Of a stretch of 64,000 nt of DNA, positions 15,092 to 29,319 are shown piece after piece. Position numbers and translations under genes: made by a program. A model generated the notes under the pieces. It did no database searches and was not told the origin of the DNA. It was given only the letters and a program-made list of their open reading frames with translations. How positions within the stretch are numbered: position 1 is the stretch's first letter; each line of letters starts with the position of its first letter. The stretch is from Salpingoeca rosetta (Eukaryota; Protista; Choanoflagellata): contig JAWQFM010000001.1 of the NCBI GenBank assembly GCA_033442325.1, positions 918,175 through 982,174 of the forward strand, written 5' to 3'.

Positions 15092-15326
15092 CAATCACAC
15101 ACGCACACACACACACGCTCACACACTCACACGCACTCACTCACACTCACTCACATACTTGTGGAAAATGTATGCGATGGTAACACGACGCTGTACAAAG
15201 CACACAGACAGTAGTAAACGACACTCATACCACCAGCACCAACAGCAGAAACCGCAAGAAAATAACAGAGATGAGCGAGACGGATGTGAATTGCGCGGCA
15301 CTCACACGAAAACTTGTCACATGACA

Positions 15327-15898
15327 TCACACAGATGCAGCTGTGGCTGGGGCGGCGGTTGTGAAGGCGAAGATGGTGGTTGATGTGCGCGTGTGTCCTG
15401 GCTGGAGGATGATGGACGGAAACGCCGCGTGGTGGACGGCATCTGGTGGGTGCTGCGTCTCCAGGCAAAACCCGTGGTATTGGTCGTACGACTGGCATTA
15501 TGATCGTGCGTGAGGAGAGTGGGGGTGAGGATGAGATGCATGTGAAGCGAGCACGGGGCAGGGATGAACAGAGGGGCATGCTTACTTGCAAACAAGTGTG
15601 TGTGTGTGTGTGTTTGTGTGGTTGGGCAGTGGGGAACCACGTGATGCACTGCTAACAGACCTTGTTGCCCTTGCCCGCGAGCCCGTCCAGGAATCCACCC
15701 ACATACAGTTGGCACGCCGGCTCTGTTTGCAAGACAGTGGAGCGGAGGTCAGAATGAGACAAGCAGGTGAGCGTCGGTGGACGAGGAAGACGAAAACACA
15801 AGTAAATCAGTTTGCCTCCGCAATCGAGTTTGATTACAGATCCCAAGCCAACCTCACACAGACTCGAACACTGCACATGTGCACACACACACACACAC

Positions 15899-15954
<56 letters not shown>

Positions 15955-18305
15955 CACATACGCACACGCACGCGCACGCGCACAAGAACTCGCCTGTGGT
16001 CTCGACTGTCAAGACACGGCCGCTACGTGGTTCAGTCACCCTGGAGAACAAAGCCAGACAAATTCATGCAAGCAAGCCCGCGCTGTGTCACCGTGCGTAA
16101 AGCCACCAACCACCACTCACTCACTTACACACACACACATACACACACACACTCACTCACCCACTCACTCACACACACACACACTCACTCACTCACTCAC
16201 TCACTCACTCACTCACTCACTCACTCACTCACTCACTCACTCACTCACTCACTCACTCACTCACTCACTCACTCACTCACTCACTCAGGGGCACAGACGT
16301 GCACGTGCACACGTGTACACACCTGGCTGCGCGTGCGGGTTCGTCGCTGCTGCTGCAGGCGCTGCGATCCAGCATGAAGTTGTTGTCGTACCCGTTGGAC
16401 ACGTCGCCATTATCGGCACCAATCTCCTTCGCTTCCACAAAGTCAAACGGTGTGCCCTGCAGACAGGAACAGTGGCAGTGATGATGATGATGATGATGCT
16501 GATGATGATGATGATGATTGATGATGATGATGCTGTGATCAGAGTGTAACGTGGTTGTGTGCTTTGGGGAAGGGTTCTGGGACAAGTTCATCGAATACAC
16601 ATGCAAACACACCCACACACACAAGCACACACATACACACATGCAAACACAGAAATGCAAACACATGTGCAAACGTCCAATGCAACCTTGACAGGAGCGA
16701 TATCGCCCGTCGGTATCAGGTCCGGGCGGGCTGGCGTGTAGTGCTGTGCGTTCATCTGCAGTCGATGCTCAAGCACGTCCCCTTCGCCCTGCAATCGTCA
16801 CAGCACATGTGGGGAACGTTGGCACAGAAGGACAAGCATGAGAGTTCAACTGCTGTTGTGATTATCAAGTGTTTACGTACACACCTACACACACGTGCAT
16901 GCATGCATGCACACGCACACATGCAAACATACACACGCACACACACGCACACGCATGCACGCGACTGCAACTGCGCTGACGTACCGCGCCGCGGAGGTTG
17001 AAGTATGTGTGGTTCGTGAGGTTGAGGGGTGTGGCCTTGGTGGTCGTCGCCTCGTATGCGATTCGCATCGTGTTGGCCGCGTCCTCGAGTGTGTATGTTA
17101 CCGTCACGGTGACCTCGCCGGGATACCCTTCTTCGCCATCGGGCGACGTGTACTGCAAGCGAACACCCGCGGGCTCGGTTGTCGCCGTCCACACACGCTG
17201 CCAGTTCATTCACCAGCACAAGCACACACGCAAACGCACGACGCAGGGTGGTGGTGGTGGTGGTGGTGGTGGTGGTGGTGGTGGTGGTGGTGGTGGTGGT
17301 GGTGGTGGTGGTGGTGGTAAGCGCGCATGCCTGAGGAGTGGGTGCAAGAGAGTGCAAGCACTGACCAAAAACAAGCAGGTGATCATAGTCTTGTGGATGA
17401 AGAGGTTTGAGGGTATCACAACATCAAACCAACAACATTCGAACAAGCCAAGGTGGTCAAGCCAGCGTAATGGAAGTGCATGCTTCGTCATCATAAAAGC
17501 TTCCACTGGCTGCTGACCTTGTCAAAGCCTTTGAGACCGCCATGTAAGTGGTTATCGCCGTTGTTCTTTGCCAGCGTGTACGTTTGTCCGTCCAGGTCAA
17601 ACGTACCCTTGGAGAGCCAGTCAAGGTGGGGCGTGCGCGCAAGGACAAGGATGAGCAAGGCGTGGGATGCACGGACACGTACACACGCACTCATCTACAT
17701 GTAGCTTCGTAGAAACGCGCGCAATTGCAATCGCAGATGCGCAGGCACGCGCTTATTTATACACAGGCACATAGGCGAGCTCGCATTCACGCGCATGTAC
17801 AAGAACTTACGCCAGCGATGCGGTTGGCAACACGGCCGATGACGGCACCCATGTACGGCACGTTCTTCTCCTCCCAGTCCTGCAGCGTATCGAAGCCCAA
17901 TGCCACGTCGGCAACCGTACCCGCACTATCTGGAACACACAGTGCGGCTATGATCTGCCGCACCAAGCAACACAAGACCGTTGATGTGATGTGATGTGAT
18001 GTGATGTGAGTGTGCTGCATTCCACTGTGGCGATTGATTGGAGGGATTTGGTGATTGCGCACTTTGAACTCACGGCGCCATATGTGAGGATGTCCACCTC
18101 CATGCCTTCCAGCGGCGTGTGCATAGGGAGCGCAAGGCAAGCGGAGTGAGCTCAGCAAGGCGCATTGCAAGTGCACAGACACAGACATGATAACAACATG
18201 TTGGAAGAATGGACAAACACGATACATGTGGGCAAACACGACACACGCACACACACACACACACACACACGCACACACCCACGCACAGACAAACGCGACA
18301 CATGG

Positions 18306-18369
<64 letters not shown>

Positions 18370-18488
18370 CCACAACCACACACACACCACACACCAAACT
18401 CACTGCCATTGCTGAGGGTGAACTTGTCCACTTGCTCCCCTGTGCTGCTCAGCGTCCCAAACGCCGTCCGTGTGACGGTCACAGGCAT
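15327..18488 (-). CDS. GALM: Aldose 1-epimerase (galactose mutarotase), 10 exons, one GC-AG intron
   Basis: [54 protein letters not shown] and [11 protein letters not shown]. Confidence 0.95.
15723..15993 (-). other. Non-canonical GC-AG intron in GALM
   Basis: Minus strand reads GAG ACC ACA G|GCGAGT...AAACAG|AG CCG. Only this donor restores the conserved T-T-E-P motif in frame. Confidence 0.8.
15899..15946. repeat. (TA)n microsatellite, the only long one seen in the window
   Basis: tatatatatacatatata... inside the GALM GC-AG intron. Confidence 0.9.
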
Positions 18489-18912
18489 CCCCGCTCGCTT
18501 CCCGGCCGCCACCTGCTCGCTCTGCTTCCTCTTCTGTGCTTGCTCTGTTCGGGTGTGAGCGTGTCGCTGCGTCAGGTGTCACACAACATCAGTCAGCAGA
18601 GGGGTCCTGCCACTGAACACACCACAAAACACAAACAAAAACCTTGTTGTCGAGCTCGCGATCTGCTGTTTGTTGTGTTGTTTTTCCCCCTTTGTCGTCT
18701 TCAGCATACGCAACCCACAACACCACGCACCACCACTGCCACACCCTCGCACGCACACACACACGCTCTGACTGACAACGTGCATTGGTGGAGGTGCTGT
18801 GGACGCACGACGAGGGGTGAGAGGGAAGGCGTGGCCAAGCAACCCCACCAACAAGCAAGCAAAGAAGCAGCAAAGAAGCAAAGAAGCAAGCCACCGTCCA
18901 CTACCACTCAAC

Positions 18913-19414
18913 ATGAGTGTAAGCGTGGCGGAGGGATGTCTTCAAGGGATGCATGGGTTGTAGTCAGCGTCTCAGGAACACCCGCACATGTGCACTGCAA
19001 GTCGCAGTCGTACATGTGGTGTGCAAGGATGTGGAGGAGAGGACAGTCGCGTGCCCCCTCCCCCCACTCGCGGCATCGTGCCAACTCACATGCTTGTGAT
19101 CCAATCGCTGCCCAATCCTTTTATTCACGCTCACATCACTGTCACTGCATCCTGGTTGTGCGTTCCAATGATGGCATGGCGGATCGCCCACAGGGCTACG
19201 AGTTTGTGGACCTGGATGAGGATGGAGGCATCCTCGGCTTCGGCGATCTACTGGATGACGAGGACGACACTGGCATCGTCAGTGCACAGTCCAAGGACGC
19301 TTCCAAACCACCAACGGTACGCGTGAGACAACACGTCATTCAATGCAATCGCAATCGCAGCGTCGCACATTGGAAGATGTGGGCGTGTGTGTGTGTGTGT
19401 GTGTGTGTTTGTGG

Positions 19415-19447
<33 letters not shown>

Positions 19448-19466
19448 CGTGTGTGTGTGTGTGTGG

Positions 19467-19511
<45 letters not shown>

Positions 19512-22500
19512 CGTGTGCGTGTGCGTGTGCGTGTTGTTTCACCCCCGGCTCACCCAAGTTCTCTCGTTCATGTGTGCTGGATAGGAACCGAGGCAGAACA
19601 AGCCCTTATCACAAGTGCGTTCATCGCCTGCTGTTCACTTGCCTCCGACACTGCCCTATGACAGCCCATGCGCACTGCCACCACCATCCACTCACTGCCA
19701 TACTGCCATACACATATATGTCACGCCGCAGAAAGCGGCCGAGGCGCTGGAGCTGGTGCGGGAGGCGGAGGCGTCGGTGTATTCCTGGGGTGCAGACGCA
19801 AGAGAGAATTGCGCACGACAGCTATACGAGCTCGATTACGCTGCCGAGGTGAAGCCAACAGCCACACCCTGCACTGCAACCTCTCACCCGCTCTCACCCA
19901 CATGCTAGCAAGCACTCACTCATTCACTCACTCACTCACTCACTCACTCACCCACGTTCCCACGCGTTCGCATGCTCCCCTGCTCTCCAACACCAACCTG
20001 CCTGCGTCTCCCCGACACGTTCCCTCTCAACGATGCATGCAGCGTGTGCAACTTCCTTGTCTGGAGCACCGGCGCTTCGACGCCCATCGCCGCACAACAG
20101 AGCCCGCATATGCCCGCGACTTTCGCGCCACTTTCCCCGATCTCGAGCGCTGGCTGCTGCAGATGCGCACCGTCAGCCAGGGCGGGTGGCACGTCGCCGC
20201 CATCACAGACGGCATCAAGAACGTGCGTCCGTGCGTTGATTTGTGTGTGTGTCTGTCTGTCTGTCTGTCTGTCTGTTCTATGTGTGTGTGTATATATACA
20301 CCTGTGTGCCTGTGTGTGTGTACACTTGTGTGTGTCTGTGCCTGTGTCTGTACTTGCTGATACTTGTGTCCTTGATCACTTGCGCCCTTCCTACAACCAC
20401 TCGCTCCTTTTTCGCACGCTCATTGAAAACACGTTTGGTCTTCCTCGCCATCATCTGCAGCCGGCCATTGTCTCGCTACTGCCAAAGGCATCTCCACCCT
20501 CGCCCGCAGCACAGCGCCCGTATGTTCGCACGCCTCTTGCTTGCATGTCCGGAGCTCTGGAGTGCTGCGTACTTGTGGTGAAGAAGTACTCGGTGAATCT
20601 CTGGCTCCATTCCTTGCTGCTAACACACGCACACAAACACACAACAACACACGCACACACGCACACACGAACCGGAACACCAACACACACGCACGTGTGA
20701 ACAGGCGTCGGACGGTGCGGCGGGCAGCCACATCTGCGGTGATTGCGCCCAACAGCCCACTCGCTGTTCCAAAACGGCACTCGTCTGTTGGTGAGGATAA
20801 GCCAAAGTCTGCTGAAAAGTCGAAGAAGAAGAAGCAGCGTGCACCCTCGCGCCACCTGTCGCTCAGCGATCTCGAACACAAGGAGAAGGCCCTGGTATTG
20901 TGTGCATGTGTGCGCTCTTGGGTGTGTCTGTGTGTGTCTGTGTGTGCCTGTGTGTCTGTGTCTGTGCCTGTGTCTGTGTCTCTGTTTGTGTGTCTGTGTG
21001 TGTGTGTGTGTGAACAACATGTGACCTGTCTGTCTCATTATTCCTGGCAACACTCACTGATGTTGTGCTGTCGCCGATGGTTCACCACCTCACGTTTGGT
21101 CGGCCGTCACGTTAGGGGAACGCTGGCCTGTTTGAGCGACTGGCAAAGGACAAAACTTTAATCAAACAACCGTGCGTCTCTTTCCTTTGGGCTGCATGTC
21201 AGCCACACTGCTCACGACACGCACACGCACGCCTATGCACACAATCAGCACAACACACGCCTACCTTTGATTCGCTCACCAAGCCGCTCCCATGGCATCC
21301 TCTGCGCATCACTCGAAACGCACGTACCTATTCGCATATCCTCACACCAACCGCCCTCCCTCACGTTTTGGTCGTGTTCCGTGCCAGGTGGTACCACGGC
21401 GACATTTCGCGCGGGGAAGCTGTGCAACGTCTGGCCAGCACGAATCCGGGCACGTTCCTCTTGCGTCTCAGCAGCAGGAGAAAAGGCATCACACTCTCCC
21501 TCAAGTACGTTGCGCATGCCTGTTGTAGAGAAATAGTCGCATCCCTGTCATCGCATGTGTGCGTGCGTGCGTGTGCGTGTGTGGTGATGTTTACAGTGCA
21601 AATGTCGAGGGCGCTTGCAGTGCCACCAAGGCAAACCAACCCCCATCAGCAAACTCACTTCATCGTTGCACCACACCGCGCAACACACAACTCACACAAC
21701 CCACAACTGACACACAACACAACACAACACAACACACACACACGTATCCCCACCCCGCGCCCAACCCAGCACCCCTGATGGGCCAAAGCACTTCATCATC
21801 ATCCCGGCAAAGGGCAATTTCAGCATCTTCGGCCGCGACGGCAACTTCAAGACCATTCCAAAGCTGGTGGACTTCTATCGCAAGAACCCGCTTGCCGTGG
21901 ACGGCACGTCGCTCGTGTTTCCCTGCCCGCTGCCGGAAGATGAAACTGATGAGGGGCATGCGTATGTCGAGTTCTTGCGTTCTGACGTCGACAAGCAGGT
22001 GTAGTGCTTGCGCCGCTCATCATGTGTGCTAGTGAGAAACATTGTAGCTTTTTGTATGACTGTGTGCGGATATATGTCTGTGCGCGTGTGTCTGTGTCTG
22101 TCTGTCTGTGTGTGTGTCTGTCTGTGTGTCTGTGTGTCTGTCTGTCTGTATGTATGTGTCTGTCTGCGTCTGTGAGTGTGCGTGTGGGTATCGACTTGCA
22201 CACGTATTGCCAACACATATGTGCGTTTGCACACAAACGCGCGTGCAATGCTCGATTTTCACGCAAGTTCAACAATATGCACCCGTTCGCCCTGCAGGTG
22301 ATGCGTGCTGTTGCTGAGCGCGGGCGTGCGCGTCGCGAGCAACACGAGGAAGAACGACGACGACGACAGGAGCGGCGGCAGTTGACGCCTGACAGCAGCG
22401 GTAGCGGCAGTGCCCGTGCGCCACGGCAAGCGCAGCGCAGGAAGTCGAACATCGCACAGCTGGTGGGCGCGTGGGAGGCTGGCAAGGACTCGTCTGCTTC

Positions 22501-23871
22501 TCGCGAGGTGCGCAGGGGCGAAATGTGGGAATTGGGGGCGTGGAAGGGGGAAGGGGGCGGGGGTGTTAACTCAAAGTTCAAAGGGAAGCGGCGGCGTGCG
22601 CGTCGATGAGATGGCTGTGGTGCGAATTGTTGTGCTGATGAGGGAGAACTCATGGGGCCACGACGTGCTCACAGTGAGCGTCATGTCATGATGCATCATC
22701 ACCTCCACACCACCTCGTACAGAATCTGCTGACAACCGATGACGACGACGATGACGACGATGATGATGCATTTGAAGGGAGCGATGCCGAGACACAGTCC
22801 CGTCTGACGAAGAGCGCAGACGCCGCGCTGTGGAGAAATTCCATGTTCGGTGCTCGCACGCGCTCCAGTGGCAGGTACGTGTATGTGTACGTGTGTGCGT
22901 GTGTGTGTGTGTGTATCTGTGCATGTCGTTCTCTGTGTCTGTGTGTGTCTGTGTGATGCACAACCAGTGTTTGCTTATCGTCGATTGATCCGTTGTGACT
23001 GCTGTTGTTGCTTCTTGTATCGATGCGTCTTATCTGACTGCTCTGTACTTGTTCGGGCGTCGTGTGCGCTGTGTCGCGATAGCTTGGCCGCATCGCTACT
23101 CAGCATCACCCCTGCTGAACGAATCAACCCAGCAGCATCAGAAGAGGTGCGTGTGTTGTGTTGTGTGTGTTGTGTGTGTATGTGTGTGTGAATGCGTGTT
23201 TGTGTGTGTCTGTGTGTGTGTATGTATGTATGTATGTCCGCTTCTTTGTCAACGTTGTTGTCATTCAATCATTCCATCCCAACTTGTGCTTGCGTTTCAA
23301 TCTACCACCCACTTCTCCTCCTCACCTCTGCTGCAACACTCCTCCTACGCCGTTCCACCGCGCGCACACACGCACACACACGCACACACTCGCTCGCGCG
23401 CACACACACACACTCACTCGCACACTCGCGCACACACACGCACACACACACACGCACGCACTCGCCGCACATCGCTTGCATGTGTGCAGGAGATTCGCGA
23501 GCAGATTGAGGAGTTGACGGATCACATCGCAGCAGAAGAGCATCGAATCACAACCGTTGCAGGCAAAACCGCGTCAACTGAGTCAGTAGCAGCGCAAGTG
23601 CACATTGGTGTGCTGTGATGTGATGTGATGATATGTTGCTGCTTCCTGCAAACCCGCACGCACGCACAGAACATATTACTCACTCGGTTTGGCGCCTCAC
23701 CCAACGCAAACATACACACACACATACACACACACAATGCGCACTCTGTACATGTGCAGAACGGCGCAAGCGTCGCAGAATTTAGAGCGTCTTCGGTCTA
23801 CGCTGCGTCAATATGAAGACCACTTGCATGAGATGCAAAGGGCGCACCCAAACGTTCGATCCACAGCTTGA
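18913..23871 (+). CDS. SH2-domain adaptor protein with C-terminal coiled coil (possibly HR1-like), about 13 exons
   Basis: ATGAGT|GTAAGC micro-exon then [14 protein letters not shown]2 domain: [30 protein letters not shown]...KHFII...[16 protein letters not shown]...LVFPCP. Splicing of the last exons is uncertain. Confidence 0.8.
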
Positions 23872-24365
23872 TGCGTCATGCATGGCTTGAACGGCCTTCC
23901 CTCACTCGTCGACCATGCTGTGAGGATCTCTGCTTGATTCGTTCTTTGCTACTCTTGGCACCGCCCAGCACGTGTTGTTATCCCCCCCCCCCACGTCATC
24001 CCTCAGTATTGACACGCTGACCACATGTGTTTGTGTCCTTCACTCGAGCCCTCAAAGTCACACTAGTTCACCACGCGTCCGCTCGTTCTCCCCCAACCCT
24101 ACTTGCACTGATTTTTCTTTTTCTGACTTGTTTGCCTGATTGCATATTCGTTGCGCCACTGCTATGTAAGCTGCGTTCCTTGGCACTGTTTTGTGTGCAT
24201 GTTGTTGTCGACTCGTGCGGTTCTGTACTTGTGTCATGTTGGTTCTTTCCCCCATGTGTTCTGGAGTGTTACTCATCGTCGCTGCCTCTTGTCTCTTTGT
24301 TTATGGCTGCAAGAAAATGACGTGGAATTCAATAACGCCCCTGCTTTGGGTTGAATCGCCAATGT

Positions 24366-24423
<58 letters not shown>

Positions 24424-24762
24424 CTCGGGAACAAGGAAGAGGTACAGCGCGTCCCTCTGGCCAAGCATAGTCGCGTGAAGGAGGATCAGACAGCGTACAA
24501 CAATCAAGGCAACCGCGAACAGAGAGACACAGAGAGACTCGCACACATTTGCCCTCGCACACATATGCATTCGCAAAACCCACACATGTATGAAACGTAA
24601 CAGAAACAAAGAAACATGCTGCCTTCCTTCATCTCTCCAAACCCCATAACATGTCACATACACACACACTCTCTCTCACTCACACACACATACACACACA
24701 CACCACAACGCGCCCTTCTTCTTCCCAATCCCCGCTTAAGCCCTCACATGAGTGCACCACGT

Positions 24763-26526
24763 TCAGCGGTAGTGGCCAGGGTATGCACCGTACTGGCTGG
24801 TGTTTCCGTACGGCCCAGCCTGCGGGTTGTAAGGCGGCTGCCCATATGCAGCCTGTGGTGGCTGGCCATAAGGAGGATGCTGCTGCTGCTGCATGGGTGG
24901 TGGTGCGCCCTGGTAGGGTGGCATCTGTGGCTGCTGGCCGTACGGCGGCTGGTACCCACCCTGTGGCGGCGGCTGCATGTACCCGCCATGCTGCTGCTGC
25001 GGGGGCTGCTGGTATGGCGGCATGTATGATGATGACGACGACGACGAGGGAGCAGACGCGTATCCCTGGTACGATTGGTTGGCCGATGGCGGCACGTACT
25101 GCTGCGGCGGCGGCTGGTACCCGTATGCGGGCTGTGGTGGCGCCTGCTGCGTGCGCGGCTGTGGCACAGACGGGTACGAGGATGACGGCTGCGGCTGCGG
25201 CGTCGCCGTGGAGGTGGCGGTGGCGGTGGGAGCAGATGATGATGACCCTGGTGGTGTTGAGTAGTCCTCGCTGGGAACAGAGGCAATGTCACGCGTGATG
25301 CTGCTCTGCAGGTCCTGCTTCTCAAAGTCGCGCGCCACGCAAAAGTCGGTGCACTTGGCCTGCTGCTTGGACAGCAGCCCAATGAGCTGCTCATAGAACT
25401 TGGACCCCTCCTGCAGGTCGCGCGAGAGCGTCTTCCACGCCTCGTACTTGGCGGCAAGGTCGTTGAGCATGGCCTCACGCTCTGCGCCGCCAGCGGACTT
25501 TGATGCGCGGAAGCGGTCGTTTGCTTCGCGTGTGCGCGCCATCACGTCTGTTGTCTCCTGCACCAGCTGCTGGGCCTCCTCCACGGCGTTGGTGTAGTGC
25601 TTGAGCTGCTCGTCAAACAGCGTCGCCTCGTCGGTCGAGCTGCCCTTTTCCAGCAGCAGATGCGTGATATCGTCCGTTTCCTTGAGCTGTTCGAATTTGG
25701 CGGACATGGCGTCGCGCAGGTCGCGCAGTTCGTCCAGACGGGTGAGCAGCTGTGTGAGCTCCTCCATTGGGGCGGCGGGGCCGCTTGCATCGCCGCTGGA
25801 CGTCGGCAGCGCAGCCTTCACCTCCTCGATCGGACCAGCCATAAACTGGATCGCAGCTATCGTGTGGTGGTGGTGGACAAGAGAGAGTGGGGAAAGGGGG
25901 TGATGGGAAGCGAGAGAGGGGGGAAGGGTATGCAGAGTGTGAAATGCGAGTTCTTCAGCGTGAAAACAAAGAGGAGCGGGGGGCAACACGGATCCCTTGC
26001 ATAAAGCTTATAAGACAATGACTAGAGTAAGTCGCACATGTGCACACACGCACGCACAGGTGCCATGGTTGCTGCACGGGCGTACGTTCGATTTCGTGAA
26101 AGCGGTGGACAACTGTCTGGTCGCTCTGTGTGGCGTTGTCGATGATGCGCGTGTACTTGTCAATCTCCTTCCGCATGTTTGCGTCTGCAGCGCAACATGA
26201 AGCAAGGAGGGGGGGACGCGAGAGAGAACATGGCAGGGATGAGTAAGTGAGATGGCAGGCGAACAAAAGAGGGTGGTAGGGGTGGGGAGTACTTTGGGGA
26301 CCCCGCAATTGGATCACTCCACGTTCTTTCTCCTCCCCACTCCTGACAGAGCCTTGCACAATGCGTCTGTGTGGATGTGTTTGACTGACTCAGTTTGGCG
26401 GAGGGCTCGCGGGACCAGCGGGACCCGTACTTCTGGCGCAGCTCCTGTCGTGATGGTGATATGTGCAGACAGAGAGAGGGAAAGAGAGAGGGAAAGAGAG
26501 AGAGAAAGAGAGAGAGGAGAGAGAGT

Positions 26527-26565
<39 letters not shown>

Positions 26566-27013
26566 TATGTGTGTGTGTTGAGGTGGAGGTTGAGGTGGAC
26601 AAACAAGGGGTGAGGGCAGTAGTGGGTCACAAAAGTCAGCACAATGCGCGCAGGAGGCACAACGTCGACCACCACACACACCATGCCCACGCCCACAAGC
26701 ACGAGCACGTTCAGCGAACACGTACGGTGTCTGCCTTTTCCTCCTGCTCGAGGCGCTCGCGGGTCTCGTCAAGCATTTCACGGCACATCTTGCTCTTCTC
26801 AGGCAGCGCCTGCAGCGGAAACATTCGCGCATGCACGCAAGAGACAGTTGCAGGAGGGCAAATAACGTGTACGTGTGTAAATGTGGGGGGGTGTATGTAT
26901 CTGCGAGCGGCTGCCGCACAGTTGCAACATGTACACCCACACACACACGCACACACACACACACACACGCACGCACACACACACACACGCACACACACAC
27001 ACACACACACAAA

Positions 27014-27074
<61 letters not shown>

Positions 27075-27352
27075 CATGTGTGTGTGTGTCGCTACTCACT
27101 GCAATGAGGTCGTTCAAGGGGGCGGTGCCACCGGCTGCGCGAATCTCTTCGCAGTGGGCCACGAGAGCTTGCGGGATGTCGGTTGGGTTCTGCACGGCCT
27201 GCAGTGCACCCGGCAGCTGCATCTCCGTGAGCCCTTCCACGCACTCGTTGGTGCTCTTGTTGATGGCCTCAATCTGCTCCCGGATAAACTCGTCGCGCTT
27301 CTCCGCGTACCGCTGCGCACCCTGGTGCACAGACTGGAAGTATAGTTTGAGC

Positions 27353-27418
<66 letters not shown>

Positions 27419-29274
27419 GTGCGTGTGTGTGTGTGTGTGTGTGTGAGTGTGCGTGTGTGTGAGTGAGTGAGCGTGTGAGTATGTGTGCGTGAACACAAAA
27501 AAAGCACAAAAACGTGAGGGCACAGTAGACTAGATAAGGCACACATGCACACGGCTGCACATACTCCCAAGCCCTCCGCTCCCCCCCCCCCCTTCCCAAC
27601 GACACGAGATCGAGCGTGCGGTCTCACCAGGGGCATGATGGCGGCAAACGGGTCGTCGCCCATGTACTCCTTGGCCGTGAAGTCCGGCAGCTCGCGGTCC
27701 GCACTCACTGTCGCGTGCTGGTCCAGTGGTGGCAGCCTGCGTATGGATTGGGTGAGAGGGGGGAGGGATGATGATAGTGAGAGGTTCGTGAGGTTCGTGA
27801 GGTGTGTGTGTGTGTGTGTGATATTGCGTGCATCACGCCTTTCGTCTCTCTCTCTCTCTCATTCTCTCTTTGTCTAACTATCAATAACTCCCTTCCCCCT
27901 TGACCCCCCCCCCTTGCTTTTCCCTGGTGCATGCGGTGTTAGCGCCGTGGCGCGTGACTTACGCAGAGGCGGCGGGGACAACCTTCATGTAAATCATTCC
28001 GTTCTCCTTCTCGTACTCTTTGATCAGCGACGACACCGTCTGTTGCAGATGCTGCAGTGCCAACATTTTCGGAGGGGGAACAACAAACGTGAGCCGTACA
28101 TACATGCACATCTCAACGATGATACCCAGTACATGCACGCACAACCCACATCTCATCACACACAACACACGCACTCCACATTACACCACACCACACGAGG
28201 CAGGAAACACGAGCTGCTCACGCTGGTGTTGAAGTCGGTGCCTGCGGCCTGGTGCGCGGCCTCGGCAAGCTTCGCCTCTGCAATGCGCAGACGCGCAATG
28301 GCACTGCCCATCTCCTCCTCAGCCTTGTCCGCCATCGCTGCGCGGCGTTAGGGATCAATGGGGTATTTGGGGGTGGAGGGGGGTGGAGTTGGGAGTGTGA
28401 GCGGTAGATGGGCTGGCAGTCGAGCATCGCTGCACCAATACACAACACGCACACAGGCACAAAGGTACAAAATGCAATGAACCCTTCAGCACACAACAAC
28501 ACACTCACACACAGACACACACGCAATCACACATACACACACCAGCACACAAATCGCGCTGCACACACACATACACACTTACACACACGCACAGCCTACC
28601 GATTCTGTACTGGGCGTCTGCCTCGTAGTAGGCGGTTTTTGCCTGCGTGGCGGCGAGCCAGGTCTTGTCAGCGACGCCGCTGGCCACGAGGTTGCGGTAC
28701 GCATCCGCATAGAAGCTCGAGGTCTGCTTGGCAAGCTTGGCAATCGTGCCGTTGCTCTTGCGCTCTGGTTTGAGGGTGGAAGTTAGGGTGGGGGAGTGGT
28801 GGCGAACAGCAGGTAGGCAAGATGCCATGTAAGAAGCAGTGGAGGAACAGCGCATAACTTGCTGGATGGGTTGATGTGTGTGTGTGTGTGTGTGATGGCG
28901 TGTGACTGTGTGTGTGTCACTGTAGGGTGTGTGTGAATGTGTATGTGTGAATGTGTGTGATATTGCGTGTGATTGTGTCTGTGTGTGACTGTGGTGTGTG
29001 TGTGTGTGTGAATGTGCGTGTGTGTGTGAGGTTGGAGGTGGCTACGAGCAATGAGACATTGATTTGGACCACGCGAACAGGCAACACTCACCAACGACAC
29101 ACTTGCGCCAGTACATCTCCTGGCTCTGGGCCTGCAGTGATGGTGACGGTGATGGGAACAGCAGCGGGATTGTGTTCGAGCAGATGAGAAATGGTCAGAG
29201 CAAAATGAGCAAAGCAGAGAGCCGGGGCAAAGCAGACATACCCTCACATGCACTCACAAGCACACACATTCACA

Positions 29275-29319
<45 letters not shown>

